Of a stretch of DNA of 64,000 nt, positions 38,579 to 50,250 are shown piece after piece (position 1 is the first letter of the stretch; each line of letters starts with the position of its first letter). The notes below the pieces were generated by a model. That model saw only the letters and a program-made list of their open reading frames with translations, ran no database searches and was not told the DNA's origin. Source of the stretch: Dicyema japonicum (lineage: Eukaryota; Animalia; Dicyemida). Location of the stretch: NCBI GenBank assembly GCA_011109175.1, contig RDEW01000029.1:755472-819471 (forward strand), written 5' to 3'. A program made the translations under genes and the position numbers.

Positions 38579-38647
38579 TTAGGTATTATTTATTTTATGA
38601 AAATTATTCATTATTTTTATTTTTAATTACAATTTTATTAAAAAATT

Positions 38648-39835
38648 ACGTGTCTGTTGGCGGTTGTTGTTGCGCTCATCGTTCCCACTTCGAGGAAAAA
38701 AGTACCAGCCAGGTCAACTGATATTTGTTCGTCTTGTCGGCTTGTCAGAACTCAGAAGCGTGGGATTTCCTGCTCTGCTTGTGAAGATTTTTTTTACCTC
38801 GGTTGTATCAAGTTATCCCAAGCCTCAACGAGCGTGCTTGGAGTATTGCACTGCCAGTCATACCTTGGCCTAAGCAGGGAGGTTTCCCCTGCCCGCGCCA
38901 ATGTTAACTCTCCCGTTAATTGCCAATCAACCACTGACTCTGAAATGTTGATACGCCTCATCTCTGAGTTACTTTCTTCCCGGACTATCCCTGTGAGGAT
39001 TCCCAACGGCCGTACTACCTGTCGCTGCGGAGGCTCTTTCCAAAACGACCGAAGACGCCATCTGGACTAACGCAGTACTTGATTGGATACGCTTATTTAG
39101 TTTTGCGCCTTACGCTTGATCGAGATGGTCACGGAAGGTAGTCTCTCGCTACTACCATGAGGACCAACATTCGTTCTTTTTTGGGAGGTATCCATATCCC
39201 CAGTTGTCCTATGGCTTTTAATCATACGAGGGAAATATGTGATCAAGACGAGAGAGTCGAAGTGCTAAGTCTCAAGAGAACTGTTCGGTCGAAGTTAATC
39301 AAAAGTAGCACCCGAATAGCCATCAGATCACCTTCCTCAAGTGGAACGCGAAAACCGATTCCCGACGCATACAATAGTTTACTGACCAAACATCCTCTGC
39401 CACCCCAAAACCTACGCCCAGTGGCTCCCCCATCCGGAGTTAGTCCCTAATTGCATCAAACGATGAAGTTCTCCTCGCAATACGTAATTTTGCCCGTAGT
39501 AGCAGTGGTGGGCTCGACGGAATGAGACCTGGCTACCTGAAGGATATACCTCTTTGTCCATAAGAGACCAGGAACTTAGTCATATAAATTAAATTACTTC
39601 ACTTATGCACTGGATGATGTCTGGAGTTCTTCCCGAAGTTATCCACCATGTCATGTTCTCCGCCAATTTGATAGTCTTTGATAAGAAGGAGGCGGAGTAC
39701 GACCAGTTGAGGTCGGGTTTGTCTTCAGATGACTGGCTGCCAAAATTGCCTCCAGACATTCTATTCCACTCGTCACAAAATTCTTGAACCCCCCTCAAGT
39801 AGGTGTCGGTATTCGCTTGGGAAGCGAGATGTGAA
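38648..39835 (+). mobile_element. PHD-CRE 5' half (copy B of 241-1435)
   Basis: Constant offset of 38407 to copy A at the start; about 95% identical where compared. Confidence 0.85.
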
Positions 39836-42320
39836 ACCATTCAGTGAGGACACTCATAAACCACAGTATAAAAGATTTCCGGGTACATGGTCATATCGCC
39901 GCGCATTTCAAGGAGAAGAAGTGTCTCAAGTGCAGAGGGGAACACGACCTTGTGTGTGAATTTTCTCCAGATGTGAAGACAAATTGTATTAATTGTGGAG
40001 GACCAGGGCATAATACCCGATACAGAGGATGTCCTGCTATGAAGGAGGCAACCAGGAAAATGATCCCTATAAATACAGAGTCAAGAAAGGAAGCAGTCAA
40101 GTCAACACAGAAGATGAAGAGGACCAATAAATCACATATTCAGGATGGGCCGGTGGAGCGGAGTGCTACACGGGAACTTAAGCAGAGCAAGGCAGAAGTT
40201 TCCGAGACGGTATCTCGGGAGTTAAGTGAAATAATCGTACATCTGGACAAGCTATGTACACTGCTGAAAGTGGATTTACGTAATTTGGTGGACCTGGCTG
40301 TGGAAAGCGAAAACTATGAAAAATTATTTAAAAATAGTGCTGGTGAATGCCAGCTCCTTGGTGAAAAGGCATGATGAACTAGCGCTACTTGCGAAGAATG
40401 TCAAGGTTGATGTCTTGGTAGTCAACGAGACGAAAATTAAACACGGAAGATATCATAGTATGGAGGAATATGACTCGGTGGACATCTCGTTAAAGGATAA
40501 AACAGTGGTTGGGAATTCGATCTTTTTCCTTAAAAATTGCAAACACGATACGATTCTATTTTATTGGCCGCCGATTCGGAATTCGTGTTCGTCGATGTAT
40601 AATGTGGAGGGACATAGATAAGTGTGGGAGGATTATACTCTAAGGACTTGGCCCGATCTTCTGCGAAAATTGTTGAGTTCTTCGAAAGAACCCCGATGTC
40701 GATCTTGGTAGGAGACCTGAATGCTAATATTACGAGTTATTGATGTTGCAAAACAACGGGGATGGGCGACTCCTAGCAGATCTGGAGCAAAAGTTAACTG
40801 GAAAAGCCCATGTTTCTGGAAAATGTACAGAAGGCTTACTAATGGAAATTTAAAGGCGAAGAGTATTGTGCTGGCCGATCATGAGAGAAGAACAATTTCT
40901 TTGGAAAGACTACCTTCGGTGTTCAGGAAGCAGCTCGAGATATACAAGGAGTTGATCCTCTTAGTATTATACTTGAGTAGTTTTCAGAGGAGATATCTAA
41001 TTCTATGGATTACTCTATGGACGAGCTGAAAATTCTGGAAGAGGACATCACTCTGGCAGAAGTCAGAACTGCTATACGCGAGTGCAAGAACAAGGCTCCT
41101 GGATTCGACAACATTCCCATGACTATGTTTAAAAAAGGGTCCGATGAACTACTATTTGTTCTAAAAAAGATGTATAACTCGAGTTTTAAGCTCGGACATG
41201 TTTTTCCGCTATGGAAGCGTTCTATTATGAAGATGATCCTCAAACCTGGAAAGTGGATAAAAAATTCTCTTAGTTATAGACCAATAAGCCATATAAGTTA
41301 TACATCAAAGATTATGGAACGAATTGTATTCAAGAGATTGAATCGGCATATGGAAGGAAGTAACTTTCTACGACCTTACCAATTGGGTTTTCGTCCGGGA
41401 AGATCGTGCGGAAATTGTATATTCTCGCTAAATTACGAAATTACAATTGCATTTAAGAAGAAAAGTCATTTAAGCCTTGATTGCCTTGACATCTCGAAGG
41501 CGTTCGACAGTGTATGGAAGCCTTAATTTGTCAACTTGTACAATCAAAGATATCCAAACAAATGTTCCTATGATTGAAAGACTATTTGACTGGAAGGATA
41601 TTTTATGTGGTAGTCGGTGGAAGATATTCTGATGGTACATCGTTTAAGAAGGGAGTACCGCAGGGATCTATTTAATCTCCCCTTTTATTCAACGTATTTA
41701 TGGAAGATTTTCAGTCATCGCTAACGTCAGGACCAAGCTGATGATATACGCTGATAACATTTTAATCTTGGATTCGTCTTTGAGGGCATACCTTTCAGAG
41801 CGCCGTCTAGGAGCTTATGTTAACAATGTCCAGGATTGGTATGATCGGAGAGCCTTGAGATTCTCTACGGAAAATACCAGTTATTTACGGACAAGCAGGC
41901 TGAGTAAGCATCACGACGTGCCTTACACTCTTCACATAGCGAAAGTTTCGTCTCTGAAATACCTTGGAATTGTAATTGATGGGAAAGAATCATATCTGAA
42001 GGAAATCGAAGAGCCGAGAAAGAAGGCTGTGCAAGCATTGTTCTGTATTAGAAGTCTAAAGTTGGATGGTGATACCTTGCTTTTTGTTTTTCGTAATGTG
42101 ATTTTTCCAAGACTTATCTGTGGAAGCGAGGGATGGTTTTACAGCCCCTAGAGAAAGAGGATCCTCGCTAGACTTGAGAAAACAAGGCGATCAAACTATC
42201 ACTTGGAAAAAAATTATACGAAAGTCTGGCGAAGAGAACAAACTTGTCAGGCCAGTCAGTGAAGTTATTGAAATCAAGATGTGTAACTTCCGAGACCAGC
42301 AGAATGGTTATTTGTAAGGC
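39836..42320 (+). mobile_element. I/Jockey-type LINE with gag-like ORF1 zinc knuckles and APE-RT ORF2, decayed
   Basis: HGHIAAH..CLKCRGEH..CINCGGPGH..YRGCP; KIVLVNASSL; APGFDNI, SYRPIS, QLGFRPG, DISKAFDSV, GVPQGS and IYAD. Confidence 0.88.
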
Positions 42321-42559
42321 TGTAATAGTGGGACATTTTAAGAACAAAATAGTACAATTAAGATAATTTAAGACAAAAATAAGACAATTTTGCTATTTTT
42401 TAAATTATTTTGTATTTTTGACGTTCAACTATAACAAAATATAAAAAATTCTTAATCTGGGTTTTAAATTATTCTCAAAAATAACTAATCTAAGAATTAT
42501 TTTAGGACAATATATATGGAAATTAACAAAAACTATAATCTTACTTTCATCGATAATTA

Positions 42560-43546
42560 AATTGAATTGTGTGTTTCTCATTTGTTACACGATTTTACGT
42601 ATACAGTGTGCATATCCGGAAATAGATGGCTTAATTGCAAGCATTAAAGCTGCTACAGTAAAAAACCGAAAACGTCGTAATTTGTTCAAGGATGTTGGAT
42701 ACCAACCTGATGTGGTAGTTACTAGGTATACTTTTGCTTAATTCATGCAGATGGGGAAGTTGGTTTTAAGCAGTGAAATATTATTTCATGAATTTTTAAA
42801 TAATTTTTGAAATTGTTAACGCATTTTATTCATATTGATTTTTAGTATCAAATGCTAAACATCATGTCAACATTATTAAGTTTAAATTAACGGAAATCAT
42901 ATTAAATTATTCGCAAATAGTAGATCTTCTTAAACTTTCAGAGTGTTCTGACTACTCAATCAATCGGGTATATTATGATATACAAGGACTACATTTTGAT
43001 AATGACATGGCAAATATCAAAAATTATATAAATAAAAGAATGGAGGCAAATGGATTTAAACCTATTATTGAAATGACTGAACCAAAAATTAGCCAACAAG
43101 ATTATTTTTCTCTTACACGCTGTCAGACATCCTCTGCATCTATTGAAAGAGCTATTAAAATGCTAAAAAATATTTAAAAAAGGATATAAACTTCCATCCA
43201 GACAATATCAAGCATAACCTTTTATTATATTACAATAAAATTTAAATGTTATATTTTATTATTTTAAGTTATAGATTTTACAATTTTAAATGCTAGATTT
43301 TATCATTTTAAGTGCTAATTTTTATAATTATAATTGCTAGATTTTGTGATCTTTTAGCGCTAAAAAATTTTTTTTAACTGCTAGAAACAACTTGCCCTAG
43401 TTATTAAGTTATAGATTTTACAATTTTAAATGCTAGATTTTATCATTTTAAGTGCTAATTTTAATAATTATAATTGCTAGATTTTGTGATCTTTTAGGGC
43501 TAAAAAATTTTTTTTAACTGCTAGAAACAACTTGCCCTAGTTATTA
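42560..43546 (+). mobile_element. hAT-family transposase 3' half with a 25-nt intron and a tandemly duplicated right end
   Basis: YPEIDGLI..PDVVVTR|WGSW..AVKYY..SSASIERA..KNI. Right end caacttgcccta is duplicated with a 140-bp period (43264-43546). Confidence 0.8.
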
Positions 43547-43959
43547 CGATTCCTTAAAAATATACTTTTTAAGCATTTTAACGCGACTCATGTGGACGAT
43601 CTCGGTATGTCCCTCATTTGATTGAAGTGTCATTCGCTTGTTAGACAATATTTCTAAGACTTTCACTTTTTTAAATTTTCCGAAAGAATTGATTGACATG
43701 ATGGATCACGTGACAGATTCATGTCTGAAATAAGACCTACATACAATAAAACGGCTTCAAACACTTAATTTAATTGTTCTGTTTTTTAAATTGATTTTTT
43801 AAATTTCAAGGCTTTTTAAAGTAGAATCTTTAAGGTTTTCAATTAGACTATTAAATTTTCCGTCAATTTGGTTATAGGTACTATATATGTAGTCATCCGT
43901 AGTGCTTGCCGTAAGATCATAAAATTTTTCAATCAAACTATCAAATTCTACAAGAAACG

Positions 43960-44590
43960 ACCCAACAAAACCNTGAGCAAGACTCGAACCGGACGTTGAA
44001 GATATTTTCGCTGTCGTACGGAAGAATACGTTAATCTGTGCGAGTTGATCACACTGGGTGAAATAGGGAGAAGTCCTAGAATTTACTTTAACTTCGTTCT
44101 CGGTGTATCCGGGGTTAATAAATTAATAAATAAATCTAACACAGAGTTCCTTGTGAGAGTTAGAAAAACCTACTCAAGAAAATTCGAAACAAACGCAGGC
44201 ACTCCTCAAGGAGACTCCATATCTCCGCACTTTTCACAATATACTATGAGGGAACTGAGACATTATACCAAGGAAAAATAGAAGAAGTAATTTAATATGA
44301 TGATGTTGACCTAATCTCTGAAGACTAAGAACTCCTAGAACATGCACTAGAAAAAACACCAAATATACTTGGGAAAAGGTTTCTCACTGTAAACAGGGAA
44401 AAACAGAACGGATAGAACAACGATCTGAAAGGCGTAAAGAAAACATCGACATCTGAAGACGACCTGGACACACTGAGGGATCTGGCTAAGAACAGAAAAG
44501 CCTGGAAAAAGCTAACTCTTTTTCTTATATTTTTTGCTGCACATGCGGAGCATAAATATTATGGATCTCGTTAAAGTATAATAATAATAA
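43960..44590 (+). mobile_element. RTE-type LINE 3' fragment
   Basis: FETNAGTPQGDSISP, YDDVDLIS and DLDTLRDLAKNRKAWKK, then a gcacatgcggagc..(taa)n tail. Confidence 0.8.
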
Positions 44591-44594
44591 GGGG

Positions 44595-45240
44595 GAAGAG
44601 CGGCTGTCGACATTAAGGAGTAAGCGTTTCCTCGGACAACTGAAATCCCAATTCGTTCCCTCAGCCAGACAGCTCTCTGCGTCTTTCTAACGATAAGCCA
44701 ATTTCCTCCAGATTTCCTTCAGGAAAGAGGCTGTAAAACGAAAGCGATCTCCAATTTCATTATATTTTTTAATCTCGATTTTCTTAGCCAGATCAGCTGC
44801 CGATGCAGCAGATGGATAACTGAGCATCATCGACTTCTAGAAAAATCCATACAGGTGTATTCCCGTACTAGCGAGTTTCCCTCAGTCAACAGAAAGATTA
44901 TTAGCCAATCAGGTTTTTCCCCCGTCTCCGCGGTCTAATCCCAGCACTACCTGGAAGCCTGCAGCTTCAAGAACACGCATGACAATGTTGTTCATAGCAG
45001 CGTGGCTGGGTGCTCTTCCCCCACTCCGTTCGCACGTAAGCGGATGCAGCCCTTTGGTATCAACAATCGCTCCACAACGACATTGGTGTTCGACGCATAC
45101 ATCAGCTCCCAGGGGCTGTGCAATATCCAATCCGTATACAGTTCTTGTAAAAATGGGTCCCCAAGGAGGAACACGGAAGTGCATCGATTGTGGAAGAGAA
45201 CATCTTAGCCGACGAACATTCTTTTGTCTGGGACAGGGAT
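44595..45240 (-). mobile_element. CRE 3' fragment (CCHC plus RLE)
   Basis: ALPCSSLG, CVEHQCRCGAIVDTKGLHPLTC..HAAMN and the ERIGISVVRGNA-type end. Confidence 0.8.
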
Positions 45241-45415
45241 AGGAAAGAGGGTTTATGTCTCTTTACAAAAGTGAAGGAATCCAGTTCAAAGGAGGAACAC
45301 GGAAGTGCATCGATTGTGGAAGAGAACATCTTAGCCGACGAACATTCTTTTGTCTGGGACAGGGATAGGAAAGAGGGTTTATGTCTCTTTACAAAAGTGA
45401 AGGAATCCAGTTCAA
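45163..45415. repeat. Exact 126-bp tandem duplication at a CRE breakpoint
   Basis: The unit starting aaggaggaacacgg occurs at 45163 and 45289. Confidence 0.9.
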
Positions 45416-46252
45416 CATATATAGCTGCTGTGGGTAGAAAATCATAAACTTTTACTGCTGTGAGTAGATTATCATAAACATTTAATATTTCCATTAATGA
45501 AAATCTTTGCAGCACATTTAATATAAATCATATGAATGTTCCACCATTACTCCAATTGGAATTGATGGACCTTCAATCATAATTTACCTCAGTTCTCAAG
45601 ATTGAAAATTTGATGAATTTTATAGTTTACATCCCAAATAAAAATATCCGAATATAAACACGTTTCAATTTCAGTAAAATAATTCACTAAAGAATAAATA
45701 TCGAAATAAATTGACAGATAGTCACCTAAGTCAGTTGTTGCGATTTACGTTCGGCCACACATGGTCGAGGCTAATAAATTACAAAATTTTCTATAGCAAA
45801 ATCAACTTAAATATACCCAATAAGTTACCTCTAATATTAAAAATTCTATAGAACCCAAAAATTGAGAGATCCAAATTAAAAGATAAACCACCAAATGTCA
45901 CAAAGCAATGGTAATCCTCGTGCTATAAAAATTTTGGTTACTTCTGTTTCAAGAATCTTGTCACCAACTTTTAAAATTTCTTAGTCGTTAGTCAACCTTC
46001 TTTTTTAAAACATGATTTTTTCATGGCAATGGAGGAAAGTGTTATTCTTCCTTGCAGTTGTAACTAACAAAATTCACAGATTAAAATATATCCACCAAAA
46101 ATAAAGTCAATAAACGAGTATCAGAAATTTTTTTATGCAGTTTTGGTTTGACGTCTTTAAAAAATTCATGTTTTTTTCTTAGTATAAATGCTCTCTTCAA
46201 TACTTTACTTTTGAAAGCCATCTCACATGTGAATGCAACAAAAGAAAAAAAA

Positions 46253-46578
46253 GTAACCACTTCCACGTTGCCGTAAGCACGTAAAATTCCTAGGGTTTCG
46301 CTCATGCCGAACACACACTTTATTTAGTAAAGATCAGTTATTATAACTGATGGTAGAAGGAGAAGAAAGGAATGCTCTTCACTTTTTGTTTTCTTTTTAT
46401 TGTAAGTCCCTTTAGACTATCCATTTTTGCAGTGAATCTCCACTGATGATGGCGTCACTCGTCAAGTTCTTTATTGCATCGTAGATGCGTGGAACCTTGC
46501 ACTAGGTGAACAGCAGCGAGAATCGAACCCGTGACCTAAGCCACATAGCCTGATACCTAACCACTGTGCCACTCGACT
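46253..46578 (-). mobile_element. tRNA-derived SINE, family A head and core with a family-B-type tail
   Basis: Head and core as at 3750; tail gagcgaaaccctagg..gcttacggcaacgtggaagtgg as at 54655. Probable TSD caacaaaaga (46236-46245, 46583-46592). Confidence 0.85.
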
Positions 46579-46899
46579 AATACAACAAAAGAGTCTTAAA
46601 TTCATTTTCTTTGCATAACTCAGCAAATAGACGAGAATTGAGTGCTTTGATTTTAATATAGTTCATCGTCTTAATTATGACATTCATTACATTTTCAAAT
46701 CGTCAGGCATGGTTTTCATCATTAATGCATGACGGTAGATAATGCAATATATATCAATAGCATTTGAGGAAAGTTTGAAATCCGGCCATTGATGCCATGC
46801 ACTTCAAAAAATCTTCAAGTTTTTTCCAATATATCCCTGGCGGTTGTATTAGTGCTGAGAGTTTCACAACACAAGGATTCATTTTTTAGACGATACACT

Positions 46900-47065
46900 T
46901 TTGTAATTAAGACTGAGCACTTCCAGTTCCTCGTTCTGACCACGTATCTCCCACGTATGGTAAAAAGCCATGGGACAACTGGGGATATGGATACCTCCCA
47001 AAAAAGAACGAATGTTGGTCCTCATGGTGATATCGAGAGACTACCTTTCGTGACCATCTCGANTT
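46900..47065 (-). mobile_element. CRE internal fragment (same family as 241-1435)
   Basis: tcgagatggtcacgaaaggtagtctctcg..catgaggaccaacattcgttc matches about 713-870. Confidence 0.75.
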
Positions 47066-47242
47066 TGTGCAGAATATCGCCTTAAATCGACAAGATCTAC
47101 GATGTATCGGTCCATAAGCAATGATAGGCGTAATTACAGGTTTAGTCGCAAGCATTCGTTTAGACTAACTTGTTAAAATTAATAATTAACCTGACAATAA
47201 ACGCATTTAGATACCACAGTAGCAACTTCACAACGGCAAATA

Positions 47243-47470
47243 TCAAACTTCAATGTATTTTAGCTTTAATTCAGCTTCCTCAATACAAAAGAATCGCAAC
47301 TCCCGACCATTTTTAGTAATGTAGGCTGCGGATTCCATGAAACTAAAACTTTCGGCGTATCGTTTGATTTTTGCCCTTTCCCTCCAGTCAATGAATTCAT
47401 CGAGTAGTCCGGATTCAGTGAAAATCTTAATTTTTTCAATTGTTTCACGTGTTAATTCCACTAGAACCAT
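47243..47470 (-). CDS. Orphan 75-aa ORF
   Basis: ATG start after an AT-rich leader and natural charged composition; no family recognised. Confidence 0.35.
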   Translation of the reverse strand: MVLVELTRETIEKIKIFTESGLLDEFIDWRERAKIKRYAESFSFMESAAYITKNGRELRFFCIEEAELKLKYIEV

Positions 47471-47547
47471 ATTTTATAATTAATAATTAAAATAAAACTA
47501 TATAATAAGTTTTCTGAAAAAATATTATTTTTGCATTTTAAGCATTG

Positions 47548-47640
47548 ACCTCGCAGCCCGGAAAGAAAGTCAAGAAAGAAGTTGGTATGCGGAAAGAAAG
47601 TCAAGCGGACAAAAAGTCAAGTGGAAAAAAGGTCAAGGAA
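47548..47640 (+). repeat. Array of ggaaagaaagtcaag-type motifs, possibly a DNA transposon subterminal region
   Basis: Four to five degenerate copies; no matching opposite end confirmed. Confidence 0.45.
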
Positions 47641-49112
47641 GCACGCAATTCTCCCGGTCTGATTTGGGGGAATCGGTTTACGCTCACCTGCGGATGTCGC
47701 TTTACTCACGTATTTGTTTTTCCGAAATATGTGTGCTTCCCTTGTTGACGTCGTTCTTCCCCTCTCTTTCGAACGGTGCTACGTTCTTCCCTTTCCTAAA
47801 GGGTAAATGTCTAGCATGGGACTGTGCATAAACCTACACTTTTTCCCAGTCCAATCTCGTTAACTTGGCTGGGGCTGCGTGACCTCATCCCTTCTTCTCT
47901 TTTCTTAATTATTTGATTAATAATTATAATAGTTAATATTTCTACGCAAATTCTTCTTTACTGTCACAAGTAATCGAATATAGCTTCACGTTAGTCAATT
48001 TAGTCTGGTCTTGTCGTAAAATGGATGTGTGAGGGTAGGATTTTGGGAGCTAATGGATTCCAAGTCTCCTTTACCGCTATTTTAGATAAAGGTTTTTTAG
48101 TTTTTAATAATTTTTTAATAAATTCTATATTAAAAGATATATGATTTTTAGCGCTAAAATTTGAGCAGCTTTCGAACATTACCATTTTTTGATTTAAAAT
48201 TCTTTATCAAATTAAAAAATCTTTAAAAATTAGTGTATTATCGACTAAATTTTCATTAATTTTTTGAAATGCGTCGTCAGATGTTAGGTTGTGCAACACA
48301 GGGTATTACATCTCGCAAATTATTTGAGGGGACATAATAAGGTCTTTCGATATTTCTTTGACTTTTGTTTCGAATTTACCATCATAAACCAAAAATATAA
48401 TCAGTCAATCTGCGACTGATCTAGTCGATGATGAATTTGCTCAAAAAAAAAAAATTGGTTATCACATGTTCTTGTTGTAACCAATGATAGACGAAAAGTT
48501 CTAAGAGAAATTAAATTCTCAATTTATTAACAAAACCAAATTGAAGTAGTTAATTTAGAACTATTAGCAAAGTTATCTCGCTCGTACCACCCTTTCCTGG
48601 ATGCGTTTGTTAATCGCTTCCAGTTCTCTCTGTTTTGCGATAGTCCCCTCAGGAGTTCAAATTCAGAAATGAATAATTTAAATTATATTATAAAAAAATA
48701 TTAATTTTATTATAGTTAATTTTATCTGGAAAACCAAAAGTAATAAGATAACCACGTTGCAACTCGTGGTTAGTTTTCTTGTTGTGCATTGTTTTATTTA
48801 TTTTTCAAATTTTATTCTATTATATTAATGGTTTGTATTTGTATTAAAATTGATTAAATATATTGTTGAATTACAGAATTTCGTATAATATTCGATATTC
48901 TGTAATCGAATTCGTGTTATTTTGACAATAATTTAATCTTTTTTCATCTCAACCATTAATCTTTTTCACTAATACTTTTTGGATTTTATACACGAACATT
49001 TTTTTTTACCTATTTTCATGTTTATTAAAATTGGTTTGTACGAGACGTGGAATGGGTCTTTCTTTTTCTATTTTAATTAATCCCTTTTATTTTAAAACTC
49101 TGAGAAATTTAA

Positions 49113-49450
49113 CTAAGAGGTCATGATGGCGTGAGCGTTCCCTCTGATCACTGCCATTTCAAGCCTCTGTCTCAGCCAAAGCCCTTCGCGGGGTTCATTA
49201 CTTTTCTTCGCAATTTTTTGTCCAATATTTGCAAGAAAAGTGTTAGTCATTGTTCCCATGACCCCCGAAGTCTCAATGGCGATCGGTACAAAAAAATAGT
49301 TCTTTATAAGGGATTCGTATTTCCTCATCTTTGCAATCTCGGCCTTGTCTGCAGCGTCTCCCGGCGAGTGTGCCGACGTCAGCACCCGCGTTCCAGAAAA
49401 GGTGTCCACGCATGTGGCGTCCCAAACGAGTTGGAGAAAAGTATGAACCG
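49113..49450 (-). mobile_element. CRE 3' end (RLE)
   Basis: LVWDATCVDTF..KMRKY..FVPIAIETSG..RQRLEMAVIRGNAHAIMTS*. Confidence 0.88.
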
Positions 49451-49996
49451 CTGCATACTCAAGGCAGTTATGAGCGATTTTCACGGCAGCTTTAAGAGAT
49501 CTCTGTCTATTCAATATTCAGATTATTAATTTCTAAAATATATACCTTGCTATATAATTGGAAACATGCTGTTCTCCAGATCCGATGGCAAAGACATCGT
49601 GAGTGACCGCGTGTGTTCTACTGCGGGACACAACGAATGTCTTTGCCATCTCCGAAATAACCTCCACGACAATTATTCTCTTAATGTTTTAAAATATTCA
49701 ATACGCAGTTTTTGTTCCTCGTGTGTTCTTGGGCGACCGAATTGTTAGTTGGGTTCATTCCTATCAATAGTGAACATCTAATACCTCAATGAGTCCCGTA
49801 TTGGAATTTGGGAGTAATTATAATTAATAAGCATCAAATAGTTATAATTTATTTTCAAATATAAAATTTAACAAATTTATTTCATTTTAACAAAAAAGTC
49901 ATCAATCTTGGTTTTTTTATTTGCTTTTCTCATCCTGCTTCCTATCACATCAAGACAGTTTAGGGCGTTTTCGTCAATTTCAGACCAATAACGGAT

Positions 49997-50250
49997 CTTT
50001 ATAGACCAATAACGGATCATGTCCAGCTTCAATTTTTTGAATGATACTGTTTAGTTGAATATTCGTAAATTGAGATTTGAATGAATGAATTATTGGTCGT
50101 CAAATTTCACATTGGTGATGCGTCTTTATAGACTAATAACGGATCGTGTCCAGCTCCAATTTGTTGAATGATGCTGTTTAGTTTAATATTCGTAAATTGA
50201 GATTTTAATGAATGAATTATTGGTCGTCAAATTTCACATTGGTGATGCGT
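49997..50250. repeat. 127-bp tandem duplication at a CRE breakpoint
   Basis: The unit starting ctttatagac occurs at 49997 and 50124, with a few mismatches. Confidence 0.85.

Noticed and set aside
49780-49820. Schistosoma-type hammerhead (atgagtccc...ggga)
   Set aside because: Core is ctcaatgag / ctcactgag rather than CUGAUGAG, with no GAAA; not conserved in the paralogous copy.
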